A stretch of 32,000 bases of DNA from Pyrobaculum calidifontis JCM 11548 (GCF_000015805.1 NC_009073.1:270001-302000), one strand, 5' to 3'; counted from the first letter of the stretch, positions 1 through 7,640 are shown. Numbers and translations are program-made. The notes: a model not told the origin generated them from the sequence alone.

Positions 1-230
1 CCGCCCCCCGAGTAGAAGGCGTATCTGTCCATGGAGGCGGCCATGCGGTCCGCCAGCTTGACCACCTCCCTCGCCCACTCCGGCAGTTCGCCGTCTAGCG
101 GGCTCCCGCGGCGCACCTTGTTGAACATGTCCCAGGCCCGCTCCTCGTGGCCCTTTAGCCCCCACATTTTGTCGGGCGGGTCGTGGAAGAGGGCGTACGC
201 CTTTGTCAAAAAGAACTCGCGCAAGTCCAT
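1..230 (-). CDS. cmr2: Cas10/Cmr2 N-terminal fragment (HD domain region); gene continues beyond window start
   Basis: Not in the ORF track because it is truncated. My reverse-strand translation from ATG (228-230) gives MDLREFFLTKAYALFHDPPDKMWGLKGHEERAWDMF...VKLADRMAAS. This matches the Cmr2 N-terminal LHDPPDK / HEER / VKQAD pattern recalled from P. furiosus Cmr2. Confidence 0.8.
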   Translation of the reverse strand, partial: MDLREFFLTKAYALFHDPPDKMWGLKGHEERAWDMFNKVRRGSPLDGELPEWAREVVKLADRMAASMDRYAFYSGG

Positions 231-268
231 ACACTGGAAAAATTAAAATATTAAATCTTTTACAGTCT
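231..268. promoter_or_regulatory. 38-bp bidirectional AT-rich promoter region between cmr2 and cmr4
   Basis: Sequence is ACACTGGAAAAATTAAAATATTAAATCTTTTACAGTCT. The TATA-like core (243-257) lies about 20 bp from both start codons (230 minus, 269 plus). Confidence 0.55.
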
Positions 269-1171
269 ATGGACAGAGTTAGCAGGGGGCTCCTCATATA
301 CGCCGTCACGCCGCTGCACGTGGGCGTGGGGAGGGCCGAGGGGGCCCACGTCGACCTCCCAGTGCAGCGAGACGAGTTCGGCCTGCCCACCATATGGGCG
401 TCGTCGCTTAAGGGCAGCTTGAAGAGCCACGCGAGGAGCCGCTCGCCCAACGACGCCAAGCTCGTCTTCGGCCCCGACCCAGACGGGGGGCCTCCCGACC
501 ACGCCTCCGGCGCCGCCCTGTTAGACGCCAGGCTTTTGGCCATCCCGGCCCGCTCCGTGAGGGGGGTATGGGCCTACGTGACCTCTCCCCACATGTTGCG
601 GACCTTTGTAACCTACGCCGAGGCCCTCGGCGCGTTTCAGCCCCTTGCCGAAAAGGCCTGCGCCCTGCTTCAAGCTACTGCGGGCTTGAGCGAGGGGAGG
701 GCCGCGGTGTCGGACCACGCGCTCCTCCACGGGGGACGGCTCTTTCTGAACGAGGTGGAGCTCCAGGCGGAGGTGAAGAGGGAGGTGGGGGACTTCATAG
801 AGGAGTTAGACAAGGCGCTGGGGGGAGATCTCCCGAAGAAGGCCCTGGCCGTGGTCAGCGACGACGTTGCTAAAGAGGTGGTGAACAGGTCCACGCTTGT
901 CCAATACAGAGTGAGGCTGGACAGCGCTAGGAAGACAGTGGTAGAAGGCGCGCTGTGGAGCGAGGAGTACGTGCCCCAGTTCACCGTCTTCGCCTCAGGG
1001 GTGGTTTGTAGGCCCGTGGCGCTCAAAGACGCGACGATAAAGGCGGAGGAGATATGTGAAAAGTTTACAAAGCTGTTGACGAATGGGCAGGGGAACAAGG
1101 CCAACGTGTGGGTCGGGGGTAAGGAGACGATTGGGAAAGGGCTCATCTCGGTGTACATATGGACGAGGTAG
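269..1171 (+). CDS. cmr4: Cmr4 (RAMP, Cas7-family backbone subunit of type III-B complex)
   Basis: Motifs YAVTPLHVGVGR, HVDLPVQRD (catalytic Asp context), PTIWASSLKGSLKS, VRGVWAYVTSP, LWSEEYVP and GGKETIGKGL. ATG 269 is preferred over the track's TTG 203, which lies inside cmr2 and upstream of the TATA. Confidence 0.9.
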   Translation: MDRVSRGLLIYAVTPLHVGVGRAEGAHVDLPVQRDEFGLPTIWASSLKGSLKSHARSRSPNDAKLVFGPDPDGGPPDHASGAALLDARLLAIPARSVRGVWAYVTSPHMLRTFVTYAEALGAFQPLAEKACALLQATAGLSEGRAAVSDHALLHGGRLFLNEVELQAEVKREVGDFIEELDKALGGDLPKKALAVVSDDVAKEVVNRSTLVQYRVRLDSARKTVVEGALWSEEYVPQFTVFASGVVCRPVALKDATIKAEEICEKFTKLLTNGQGNKANVWVGGKETIGKGLISVYIWTR

Positions 1172-1584
1172 AGGTGGCAATTGAGTGCACCAAGGCGGTG
1201 GCCGAGGCGGCCGACGGCGACGTGAGGAGGAGGTACGCCCAGCGGTGCCGCGCGTTCCACGCCGAGATCTTCACCCTCGGGGTGGCCCACGTAGTGGCGC
1301 TAGCCGCGGCGCGGGCTGGCGCCAAGGCGGTGGAGGCGGGGCTTAGGCATTCCACCTGCGGCGAGGTGGTCAAGGCCGCGCTGGCGGAGGCCGGGGGCCC
1401 CGAGGAGAAGTCCTACGGCCTCTACGGCGCGGTACTGCTCTACGCGATGAGGAGGAGGGGCTATGTGAAGTCCACAACGCTCCTAGACGCGTTAGGCGAG
1501 CTGAAGGACCCCGCGCTAAACGCCGCGGCGTACCGAGCCGCCGAGTGGCTAAAGAGGCTTGCCGAGGCCTACTTTAAGGCATGA
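1159..1584 (+). CDS. cmr5: Cmr5 (small helical subunit, Cas11 family)
   Basis: 141-aa Ala-rich helical protein between cmr4 and cmr1. It overlaps the cmr4 end by 13 nt. Position, size and an LGVAHVVALAAAR / AAEWLKRLAEAY pattern fit Cmr5. Confidence 0.75.
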   Translation: MDEVEVAIECTKAVAEAADGDVRRRYAQRCRAFHAEIFTLGVAHVVALAAARAGAKAVEAGLRHSTCGEVVKAALAEAGGPEEKSYGLYGAVLLYAMRRRGYVKSTTLLDALGELKDPALNAAAYRAAEWLKRLAEAYFKA

Positions 1585-2744
1585 GGGCCCTCTTCAGAGC
1601 CACAATCGCCACCCCCCTCTCCCTGGGCTGGTACGAGCCGGGGGTCCTCGACGAGCGTTTCTACATCCGCCCCGCGTCTGTGAAAGGGGTTTGGCGCTGG
1701 TGGGCCAGGGCGTTTGTAGGCGGAGTGCTCTACGAGAGGGGGTGCCTAAAGGGGAGAAGGGGTAGGGACGTCTTCTTAGCCCCCACGCGGGAGGAGGCGG
1801 AGGCCGTGATGAGGCACGTTGGGAAGACGCTGGGGTTGGGATACGCCGGGGAGGAGGGGGCGCAGGCCTCACAGTTTAGGCTGAGGGTGAGAGTCCTCCG
1901 CAGGCCCGAGAAGGGCGTCGCCAGGCGCAGGGAGGGCCTCGTGAGAGTGGCCGGGCGGCAGGCCGCTCTGCAGAGGTTTAAGCTCCTCACGTTAAACAAC
2001 GACGTCGAATACGCAGTGGGGGGAGAGTTCGAGATTGAAGTAGAGGCGGAGGTGGACAGGAGGGTGTTCAACGCCTCTGTAGGCGTCCTCGCCGTGGCGC
2101 TTACGTTGAGCGGACTCGGCAAGGGCTCCCGCAAGGCCCTGGGAGACTTAGACGTAGTAGAGGCCAGGGGGGTCCAACTGCCCAACTCTCTCCCAAAGCT
2201 CGTAGAAGAGGTCAGGGCCGCCGTGGCGGAGCTGATTAGGGACAGGTGCCCGGGGAGGCCTCAGGGCCTGCCCCCAATGCCGGTGGTAACCGCGGAGAAG
2301 TGGAGCGGCGCAGAGCTCGCCGCGGTGTACGAGGCTGGGCTGGGCTTTGAGGACCTCCACAACTTCTTCCTCCGCCCCGCAAGGGCGAAGGCGCTGACGG
2401 GGAACTACGCCGCGCGCGACCCCCTGAGAGAGAAGCTGGCCGCGTGGGTCCTAGGCCTCCCGAGAGAGCAGAGGGGCACCGGCTACACGTCCCCCCTGGA
2501 GAGGAGGGCGTCCACCATCATCGCGGCCTACCACGGACAGCGGCACCTGGTGGGAGGCGGCCGCGGCTACTTGACCGTGTTAATCTCAGGCGACTGGCCC
2601 ACGGAGATTGAGTGGAGCGGCGCTGGCAGTGAGAGGATACGGATAGACGAGGCGAAGATCTTAGACGCGTATAAGACAGCGGTGGAGGAGTTCGCGGCAT
2701 ACGCCCAAAGGCTGAGGAGCAACGTCACGAAGATATGGCCGTGA
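1581..2744 (+). CDS. cmr1: Cmr1 (RAMP, Cas7-like)
   Basis: Has the IRPASVKGVWRWWARAF motif (Cmr1 hallmark xSIKGxxRWWxRA), plus LSGLGKGSRKALG and LGLPRE..RRAS. ATGA overlap with the cmr5 stop. Confidence 0.85.
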   Translation: MRALFRATIATPLSLGWYEPGVLDERFYIRPASVKGVWRWWARAFVGGVLYERGCLKGRRGRDVFLAPTREEAEAVMRHVGKTLGLGYAGEEGAQASQFRLRVRVLRRPEKGVARRREGLVRVAGRQAALQRFKLLTLNNDVEYAVGGEFEIEVEAEVDRRVFNASVGVLAVALTLSGLGKGSRKALGDLDVVEARGVQLPNSLPKLVEEVRAAVAELIRDRCPGRPQGLPPMPVVTAEKWSGAELAAVYEAGLGFEDLHNFFLRPARAKALTGNYAARDPLREKLAAWVLGLPREQRGTGYTSPLERRASTIIAAYHGQRHLVGGGRGYLTVLISGDWPTEIEWSGAGSERIRIDEAKILDAYKTAVEEFAAYAQRLRSNVTKIWP

Positions 2745-3529
2745 GGGGGAGGAGGGAGTTTGCGGGGGGAGACGACCCGCTGAGCCGCTACTGCCAAGAG
2801 GACTACAACGTCGTCTCTTGCATAAACCTCGCCTTCCTCGAGTGGATGCGGCAGAAAATCGGAAAGCCCGAGGGGGCACGGCAGAGGAGCGAGGGGCTAC
2901 CTGACTTCTCCCGCAGGGCCGTCTTGCACCTCTACAGACAGCCGCCGAGGGCCGCCCGCGAGGAGGTGGAGCGCTACGTACAAGCGATCTTCGACGCCGT
3001 CTCCCGCGCCTCTGCGATGGCGTTTAAGTACGAGTTCACCCTGGAGACCCCCCTCACAATACACACGAAGTGGCCCTACCTCCCCCTAGAGATAGGCCTG
3101 GCGTGGCACCCAATACTCAACGTCCCCTACATCCCCGCCAGCTCCCTCAAAGGCGCGGCCAGGGCCGCCGCCGTCAGCCCGCTGTGCGGCATAGAGCCAG
3201 AGGACCTGTTCGGAACGACGGAGGAGGAGGGCGACCTAATATTCACAGACGCCTATCCCACGAGGTGGGAGAGGCTGGTGGAGCCCGACGTAATTACGCC
3301 CCACTACAGAGAGACCGCCGGCGAAATCTCTGAAGCCCAAGCGAGGCCGGTCCCCCTAGTCTTCCCCGTGGTCCCAGCCGGCACCACCTTCACCTTCGTA
3401 GTCGCCTTTAGGCAGATGGTGGGCCAGGAGTGCTGGGGCGAGACTCTGCGGTGGTTGCAACAGGTGTTGACAAGGGGCCTGGGGGCAAAGACGCAGCTGA
3501 GCTACGGCGTCTTCAGAAGACAGACATGA
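2735..3529 (+). CDS. cmr6: Cmr6 (RAMP)
   Basis: Motifs NVPYIPASSLKGAARAAA, LIFTDAYP, VITPHY, PVPLVFPVVPAGTTFTFVV and C-terminal GLGAKTQLSYGVF, which together are the Cmr6 signature. 10-nt overlap with cmr1. Confidence 0.9.
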   Translation: MAVRGRREFAGGDDPLSRYCQEDYNVVSCINLAFLEWMRQKIGKPEGARQRSEGLPDFSRRAVLHLYRQPPRAAREEVERYVQAIFDAVSRASAMAFKYEFTLETPLTIHTKWPYLPLEIGLAWHPILNVPYIPASSLKGAARAAAVSPLCGIEPEDLFGTTEEEGDLIFTDAYPTRWERLVEPDVITPHYRETAGEISEAQARPVPLVFPVVPAGTTFTFVVAFRQMVGQECWGETLRWLQQVLTRGLGAKTQLSYGVFRRQT

Positions 3530-5220
3530 CGCCGGCCCCCTGCCACGAGGACCTAAAGGCCTACGACTACGTGCTAATAGTCGCACCAATGGGGGCGCTG
3601 GGCGGCTATAGAGAAGTTAAGTACGTCATACCAAGCCGGGGCAGTGTGGGCGAGGAAAAGGGCGGACAAGACAGCGATAAAAAACACTGGGCCGTAGCTT
3701 TTGCATTATATGATTATGTACAAGGCGTAAGTAAGGAATTATACGCATTTATTCAAGACACAATAATTGTAAATTTAGTCAAACCTCAAAATAAAGAAAA
3801 ACCAGTAAAACAAGAAATAGTTGAACAATTAAAGTTACTACTTAACTGTAATGATGACAGTTGTACCATAGATGAGAATTTAATTGACACTTTACTTAAA
3901 TTAGAAGGAAAGACATCGGAGGCTCAAAAAACTATAGATAGACTGAAAGAATTACGTAAAGAGGCAAAGATTCACTTTGTGCCAGGCGTCATCACTAGAT
4001 GGATAGAGGAAGTGTTAGTGACGTGGAGAGGCGGCAACCAGTTCTACGACGTGCTAAAGGGCACGCTTGTGTACTATATCCTGTCGGCGCTCAAGAAGAG
4101 TTGTCATAAAAGAATTGCCATATTTGTGGATACGTCACACGGCATAAACTACTTCGTCACCGCCTTAAAAGAAGCCGTGCCATTAGCCGCCACGCTTTAT
4201 CTTATCCACAGAATTGCCGACGGGGAGCCGGTGGAGAAACTCGACATATGCTCCTACAACTCTGACCCATATCCAACTCCATCAAGGGAGTGCCAGTCGC
4301 AAAAGGGCGGAGATGCGCAGAAAGATAAAGCTGAGCAAGCGGACAAAGAAACGCCGAGCCTAAAGATCCACTTAGTAGAAAGATTCGAAATGGTTTATAC
4401 TCACAAATCGGAGACTGAGACGTATACATCAATTAACCTATACCCGGTAAGGAGCCTTGTCGAAGACCTATTTCTCACCATGGGGTTAAAAGGCATTGTC
4501 AATTACTTAAATCAAAAGTGGGCACTCGGCGAAGATAAGTGGAAGAGCATAACGGCGTCTGTAGTTCTCTTTCTGCGCGGCATCCTTGGATGGAGCCTCA
4601 GCATCGCCCACAGCTCCAATGAGGACATGCTCGCTGAAATAGGCGAGACAGTGAAAAAGCGCGGAATTAGAATAGAGCAGAGAAGCGATAAGAATGAAAT
4701 AGCAATAACTTACATATGGGGTAGCAATAGAAAGATCGGCACAGACGTTGTAACCTTTGCCTCTATACACTCATCACTAAACAGATTAGGCAGATGTTTA
4801 GCAACGCCAAGAATGATAGAAGGGTCTCCATACGTGTGTTACCCGACTAAAGAGTTAGAGAAATACATAGAACAATTCTATGCGCCGCCCTACAGGGAGA
4901 TAAACCTAAACGAATTGGCTTCCGTAAGGAATTACCTAGAGGGGAAGAAGAAGTCAGACGAATCCTCTGTAAGAGACAGTCTAGAAGAGAAGTCGAGAGA
5001 TCGTGAGTATTGTAAGCCCTTGGAGGGGGGCAAGGGGTTTATATGTGGGAAGAGAGAAGACGCAGATCAGCAGGCCGAGGGCGCAAACCCGAGGAATTTC
5101 TACGCCCACGCCGGCCTCTCGTTCGAGCTTGATTGGGGCGCCCTCAAGGAGGAAGGAGAGCTCCTGTGCTTCAGCAAGGAGGTGGAGAGAGTCATAAACA
5201 TTTTAGCGAGTAGCGGGTGA
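3526..5220 (+). CDS. csx1: Csx1-family CARF + HEPN ancillary ribonuclease (DxTHG-family variant)
   Basis: ATG 3526 overlaps the cmr6 stop (ATGA). N-terminal Rossmann-like YVLIVAPMGALGG, then VDTSHGINYF (DxTHG-type motif with Ser), then C-terminal ANPRNFYAHAGLS (R-x4-H HEPN motif). The track ORF start 3430 lies inside cmr6. Confidence 0.8.
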   Translation: MTPAPCHEDLKAYDYVLIVAPMGALGGYREVKYVIPSRGSVGEEKGGQDSDKKHWAVAFALYDYVQGVSKELYAFIQDTIIVNLVKPQNKEKPVKQEIVEQLKLLLNCNDDSCTIDENLIDTLLKLEGKTSEAQKTIDRLKELRKEAKIHFVPGVITRWIEEVLVTWRGGNQFYDVLKGTLVYYILSALKKSCHKRIAIFVDTSHGINYFVTALKEAVPLAATLYLIHRIADGEPVEKLDICSYNSDPYPTPSRECQSQKGGDAQKDKAEQADKETPSLKIHLVERFEMVYTHKSETETYTSINLYPVRSLVEDLFLTMGLKGIVNYLNQKWALGEDKWKSITASVVLFLRGILGWSLSIAHSSNEDMLAEIGETVKKRGIRIEQRSDKNEIAITYIWGSNRKIGTDVVTFASIHSSLNRLGRCLATPRMIEGSPYVCYPTKELEKYIEQFYAPPYREINLNELASVRNYLEGKKKSDESSVRDSLEEKSRDREYCKPLEGGKGFICGKREDADQQAEGANPRNFYAHAGLSFELDWGALKEEGELLCFSKEVERVINILASSG

Positions 5221-5733
5221 GGACCCGAGGCGTATAAGCACGCCGCCGCACAGCTCCTCTCCGCCATTCAGCCTCTTTAAAGCGTCGTCTATCAACAGCG
5301 GGAAGAAGTCCATGGTATAGTGTATCTGCTGGAGCAATCCCACCACCAAACTTGCGACGGACCCATGCGGCGTGTACCCCTTCCTCACCCACACCCACTC
5401 GGCGTGGTGGTACACCGTGGCCTCTGTCTCAGGCCGCACGCTGGGAGCCGCCGTGGCCGCTGCTACAAGCGCAATGTGCGAAAGCTTGCACAACACCCCA
5501 CGCGCCTCCGAGTCGTCGAGTCTCTTCGCCGCAACTTCTACGTCGTATTGCCAGCCCCTCCACAGCTCTGGATACGTCACGCCCAGGTAGCATACGTCCC
5601 CCCTGTGGTTCATGTAAAGAGCATAGCTGCCGCAGTTGACGACGTCGCCGACTTCCCCCGGCGCCTCGGCGCAACCAAGCGCCTTAGCCGCGTCCTCTAC
5701 GTCTCCACAGTTGACGGCAACTAGGAGCACCAT
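5203..5733 (-). CDS. Hypothetical protein, 176 aa, last gene of the ATPase cassette
   Basis: ORF with balanced, protein-like composition from ATG 5733 (MVLLVAVNCGDVEDAAKALG...). The upstream 67 codons of the track ORF are Arg/Gly-rich and overlap other ORFs. No family recognised by eye. Its 3' end overlaps the csx1 3' end by 18 nt. Confidence 0.5.
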   Translation of the reverse strand: MVLLVAVNCGDVEDAAKALGCAEAPGEVGDVVNCGSYALYMNHRGDVCYLGVTYPELWRGWQYDVEVAAKRLDDSEARGVLCKLSHIALVAAATAAPSVRPETEATVYHHAEWVWVRKGYTPHGSVASLVVGLLQQIHYTMDFFPLLIDDALKRLNGGEELCGGVLIRLGSSPATR

Positions 5734-5834
5734 GAACACACTCTGCAGACCTTTTCTCCACAGTACGCCACTTCCCACCTCTTCCTCAGCGCATCTTCCA
5801 CGCCTTTGCCCGCGCCACGCAGTATCACCACCAT
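5721..5834 (-). CDS. Possible 37-aa micro-ORF (MVVILRGAGKGVEDALRKRWEVAYCGEKVCRVCSWCS)
   Basis: My own translation. The ATG is 3 nt after the ORF104 stop and in the same frame. It overlaps the ORF176 start by 13 nt. It could equally be a fragment of a decayed longer gene. Confidence 0.2.
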   Translation of the reverse strand: MVVILRGAGKGVEDALRKRWEVAYCGEKVCRVCSWCS

Positions 5835-5837
5835 GCG

Positions 5838-6152
5838 CTAACCTTGTCCTGAGAAGTTCTGGAATTTGGCATCTACGTCCTTTTCCAGCTTTGCCGGCTC
5901 CTTCAACGTCCTTGAGCCAGGCTGGACGTTGCATCTACATTCAATTACCATCGCTATGCGCTTTGTCCCGAGAATCTCAACTAGATAGCAGTCTGGCATC
6001 TTATCCCCCACCACCTCGCATGCAGGTATTTTGCTCGTGTTGTTCTGGTCGGGCGTGCATACACATATCCGCTTATCACATGTAAAACCAAGCTCGGAGC
6101 CGCAAGCGAGGGCCTGTATGTTTGTGAGCTTAAGTACGGGATATTGCGGCAT
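5838..6152 (-). CDS. Hypothetical Cys-rich protein, 104 aa
   Basis: The ATG overlaps the ATPase 3' end by 23 nt, suggesting translational coupling. It has 8 Cys residues. G+C is lower than in the neighbours. No family recognised. Confidence 0.4.
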   Translation of the reverse strand: MPQYPVLKLTNIQALACGSELGFTCDKRICVCTPDQNNTSKIPACEVVGDKMPDCYLVEILGTKRIAMVIECRCNVQPGSRTLKEPAKLEKDVDAKFQNFSGQG

Positions 6153-6966
6153 AGGCCAGCCTCTCCCTCTCGGCGTACTTCGCTACGTCGAATACGTCCT
6201 TTATGGGGTGGAAGACCCCGCCGTCGACGTAGTAGACCCTCCACCCGGCGTCAAGCGCCGCCTTTAGAGTGGCCATTAAGTGAGACTCAGCGATTACTAA
6301 AGCGCTGGTCTCCTTCAACACTTGTATGAGGTCGACTGCCAAGTCGTAGTGGAGCCCCGCCTCGAAGGCCTCTACGAGGAGCACGTCTGCGCGCCGCGCG
6401 GCGATGAGCATGGCCAAGGCCCTCCTATAGCCGTAGGCGAGGGTCTGCACGTCGATCCACCTCCCCCCGACCTTCACCCGGCCGCCGTACACGTCCTCCA
6501 CCCCCGCCACTGCGCCCACCCTCCTAAGCCACTCGGCGTCTTCGGGGTCCTCCACCTCTAGGTCGGCGCCCTCGCACAAGTGGAACCGCCAGCTCTCCCA
6601 CGCCGCCGTGCAGGGCCCCACATAGGCAACGCGCGCTTCGATGAGCTTGAATGGCGGATACCCCTGCTTCTCGTTATCTACCCACACCGACGTATCGCGG
6701 CCTATTTCCAGCCTGTACCTCCGCCCGTCGACCACCGCCTCTACGGCCCCCGCCTCGGCCCCGCGGCGGACCCAGAGGGCCAGATTATCGGGCACGAGGC
6801 CCCGCAGAACGCCGCCGGATATTGCGTAGAGCAACGCCGCTACGCCGAGTATGAGGGAACTCTTGCCAGCCCCGTTGGGCCCGTAGAGGAGGGTCGGCCC
6901 CCCAACCTCTACGCACTGGCCGCCCACGGCCAAGAAGTCCCTCAAGCACACCCTTTCAATACGCAT
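6130..6966 (-). CDS. Minimal ABC/SMC-type (AAA_15/AAA_21-like) ATPase, 278 aa
   Basis: Walker A GPNGAGKSS; signature-like LAYGYRRALAML; Walker B region VLLVEAFEAGLH, where EA replaces the canonical DE; H-loop VIAESH. Confidence 0.8.
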   Translation of the reverse strand: MRIERVCLRDFLAVGGQCVEVGGPTLLYGPNGAGKSSLILGVAALLYAISGGVLRGLVPDNLALWVRRGAEAGAVEAVVDGRRYRLEIGRDTSVWVDNEKQGYPPFKLIEARVAYVGPCTAAWESWRFHLCEGADLEVEDPEDAEWLRRVGAVAGVEDVYGGRVKVGGRWIDVQTLAYGYRRALAMLIAARRADVLLVEAFEAGLHYDLAVDLIQVLKETSALVIAESHLMATLKAALDAGWRVYYVDGGVFHPIKDVFDVAKYAERERLAYAAISRT

Positions 6967-7052
6967 TGCACATGACTCGTCGGCGATATAAAAATTAACG
7001 CCTTCGCCCCAGGGCCGGCAGAAAGGCTTAAAAGAGGTGTGGATGACAGTCT

Positions 7053-7640
7053 ATGGACGACTTTAGGCGCCAGTTGGAGGAGGTTAAGAGGGCGTTTAGG
7101 GAGAGCGTGGCCGCGGGGATTAGGGAGGGGGTGGAGGGCGTGTTGCAGGAGATGCGGGGGATTATAGAGGTCTTGGAGGAGGTCTCCCTAATGATTGACA
7201 GGTACTCTAAGACTCTCCGCAACCACTCCTCCCTGCTGGAGGCCCACCTCAACGCGTTGAAGGAGCACACAGACACTATGAGGGCCGTGTCGGCGGCGGT
7301 GAGGGAGGTCAACGCCTCTCTGGGGGAGCTCATGGCCCTAGTGCGTGTGTCGCTGGAGCGCATGGGGGATATGGCGAGGGATTTTGCCCTCGCACTGTGC
7401 AAGGCGCTTGGGGGCGAGGCAGAGGAGGCGGGGCCGGGCCTCGCGCTGTGCCACATCGGCTGGGCAACCCACCTCATATACGCCGCGGCCGTGGCGACGG
7501 TGGAACACGTGGAGAAGCTGAAGGGCATAGATGCGGGCGGGGCGAAGAAGGTGCTCGCGGCCTTGATTGCGCATAGAGACGCAGTGGAGGCAGCCAAGGC
7601 CCTGGGGATAGAAATCGCGGCGGGAGGCGTATCGCCCTAG
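7053..7640 (+). CDS. Hypothetical coiled-coil protein, 195 aa
   Basis: The N-terminal ~110 aa are heptad-like and Glu/Leu/Arg-rich (MDDFRRQLEEVKRAFRES...). The C-terminus is an Ala-rich helical region. A TATA-like CTTAAAAG lies about 25 bp upstream. No family recognised. Confidence 0.6.
   Translation: MDDFRRQLEEVKRAFRESVAAGIREGVEGVLQEMRGIIEVLEEVSLMIDRYSKTLRNHSSLLEAHLNALKEHTDTMRAVSAAVREVNASLGELMALVRVSLERMGDMARDFALALCKALGGEAEEAGPGLALCHIGWATHLIYAAAVATVEHVEKLKGIDAGGAKKVLAALIAHRDAVEAAKALGIEIAAGGVSP

Noticed and set aside
31-246. 71-aa plus-strand ORF at the window start
   Set aside because: It is antisense to the well-supported cmr2 N-terminus and has Ser/Pro/Arg-rich composition. Such shadow ORFs are typical in high-GC DNA.
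670-1290. 206-aa minus-strand ORF and many similar antisense ORFs across the window
   Set aside because: They lie opposite genes with strong motif support (here cmr4/cmr5) and are Ser/Pro/Thr/Ala-rich. These are GC-driven shadow ORFs.
5734-5934. N-terminal 67-codon extension of the 5203-5934 ORF
   Set aside because: The extension is Arg/Gly-rich, overlaps ORF104 and ORF37, and lacks protein-like composition. ATG 5733 is preferred.
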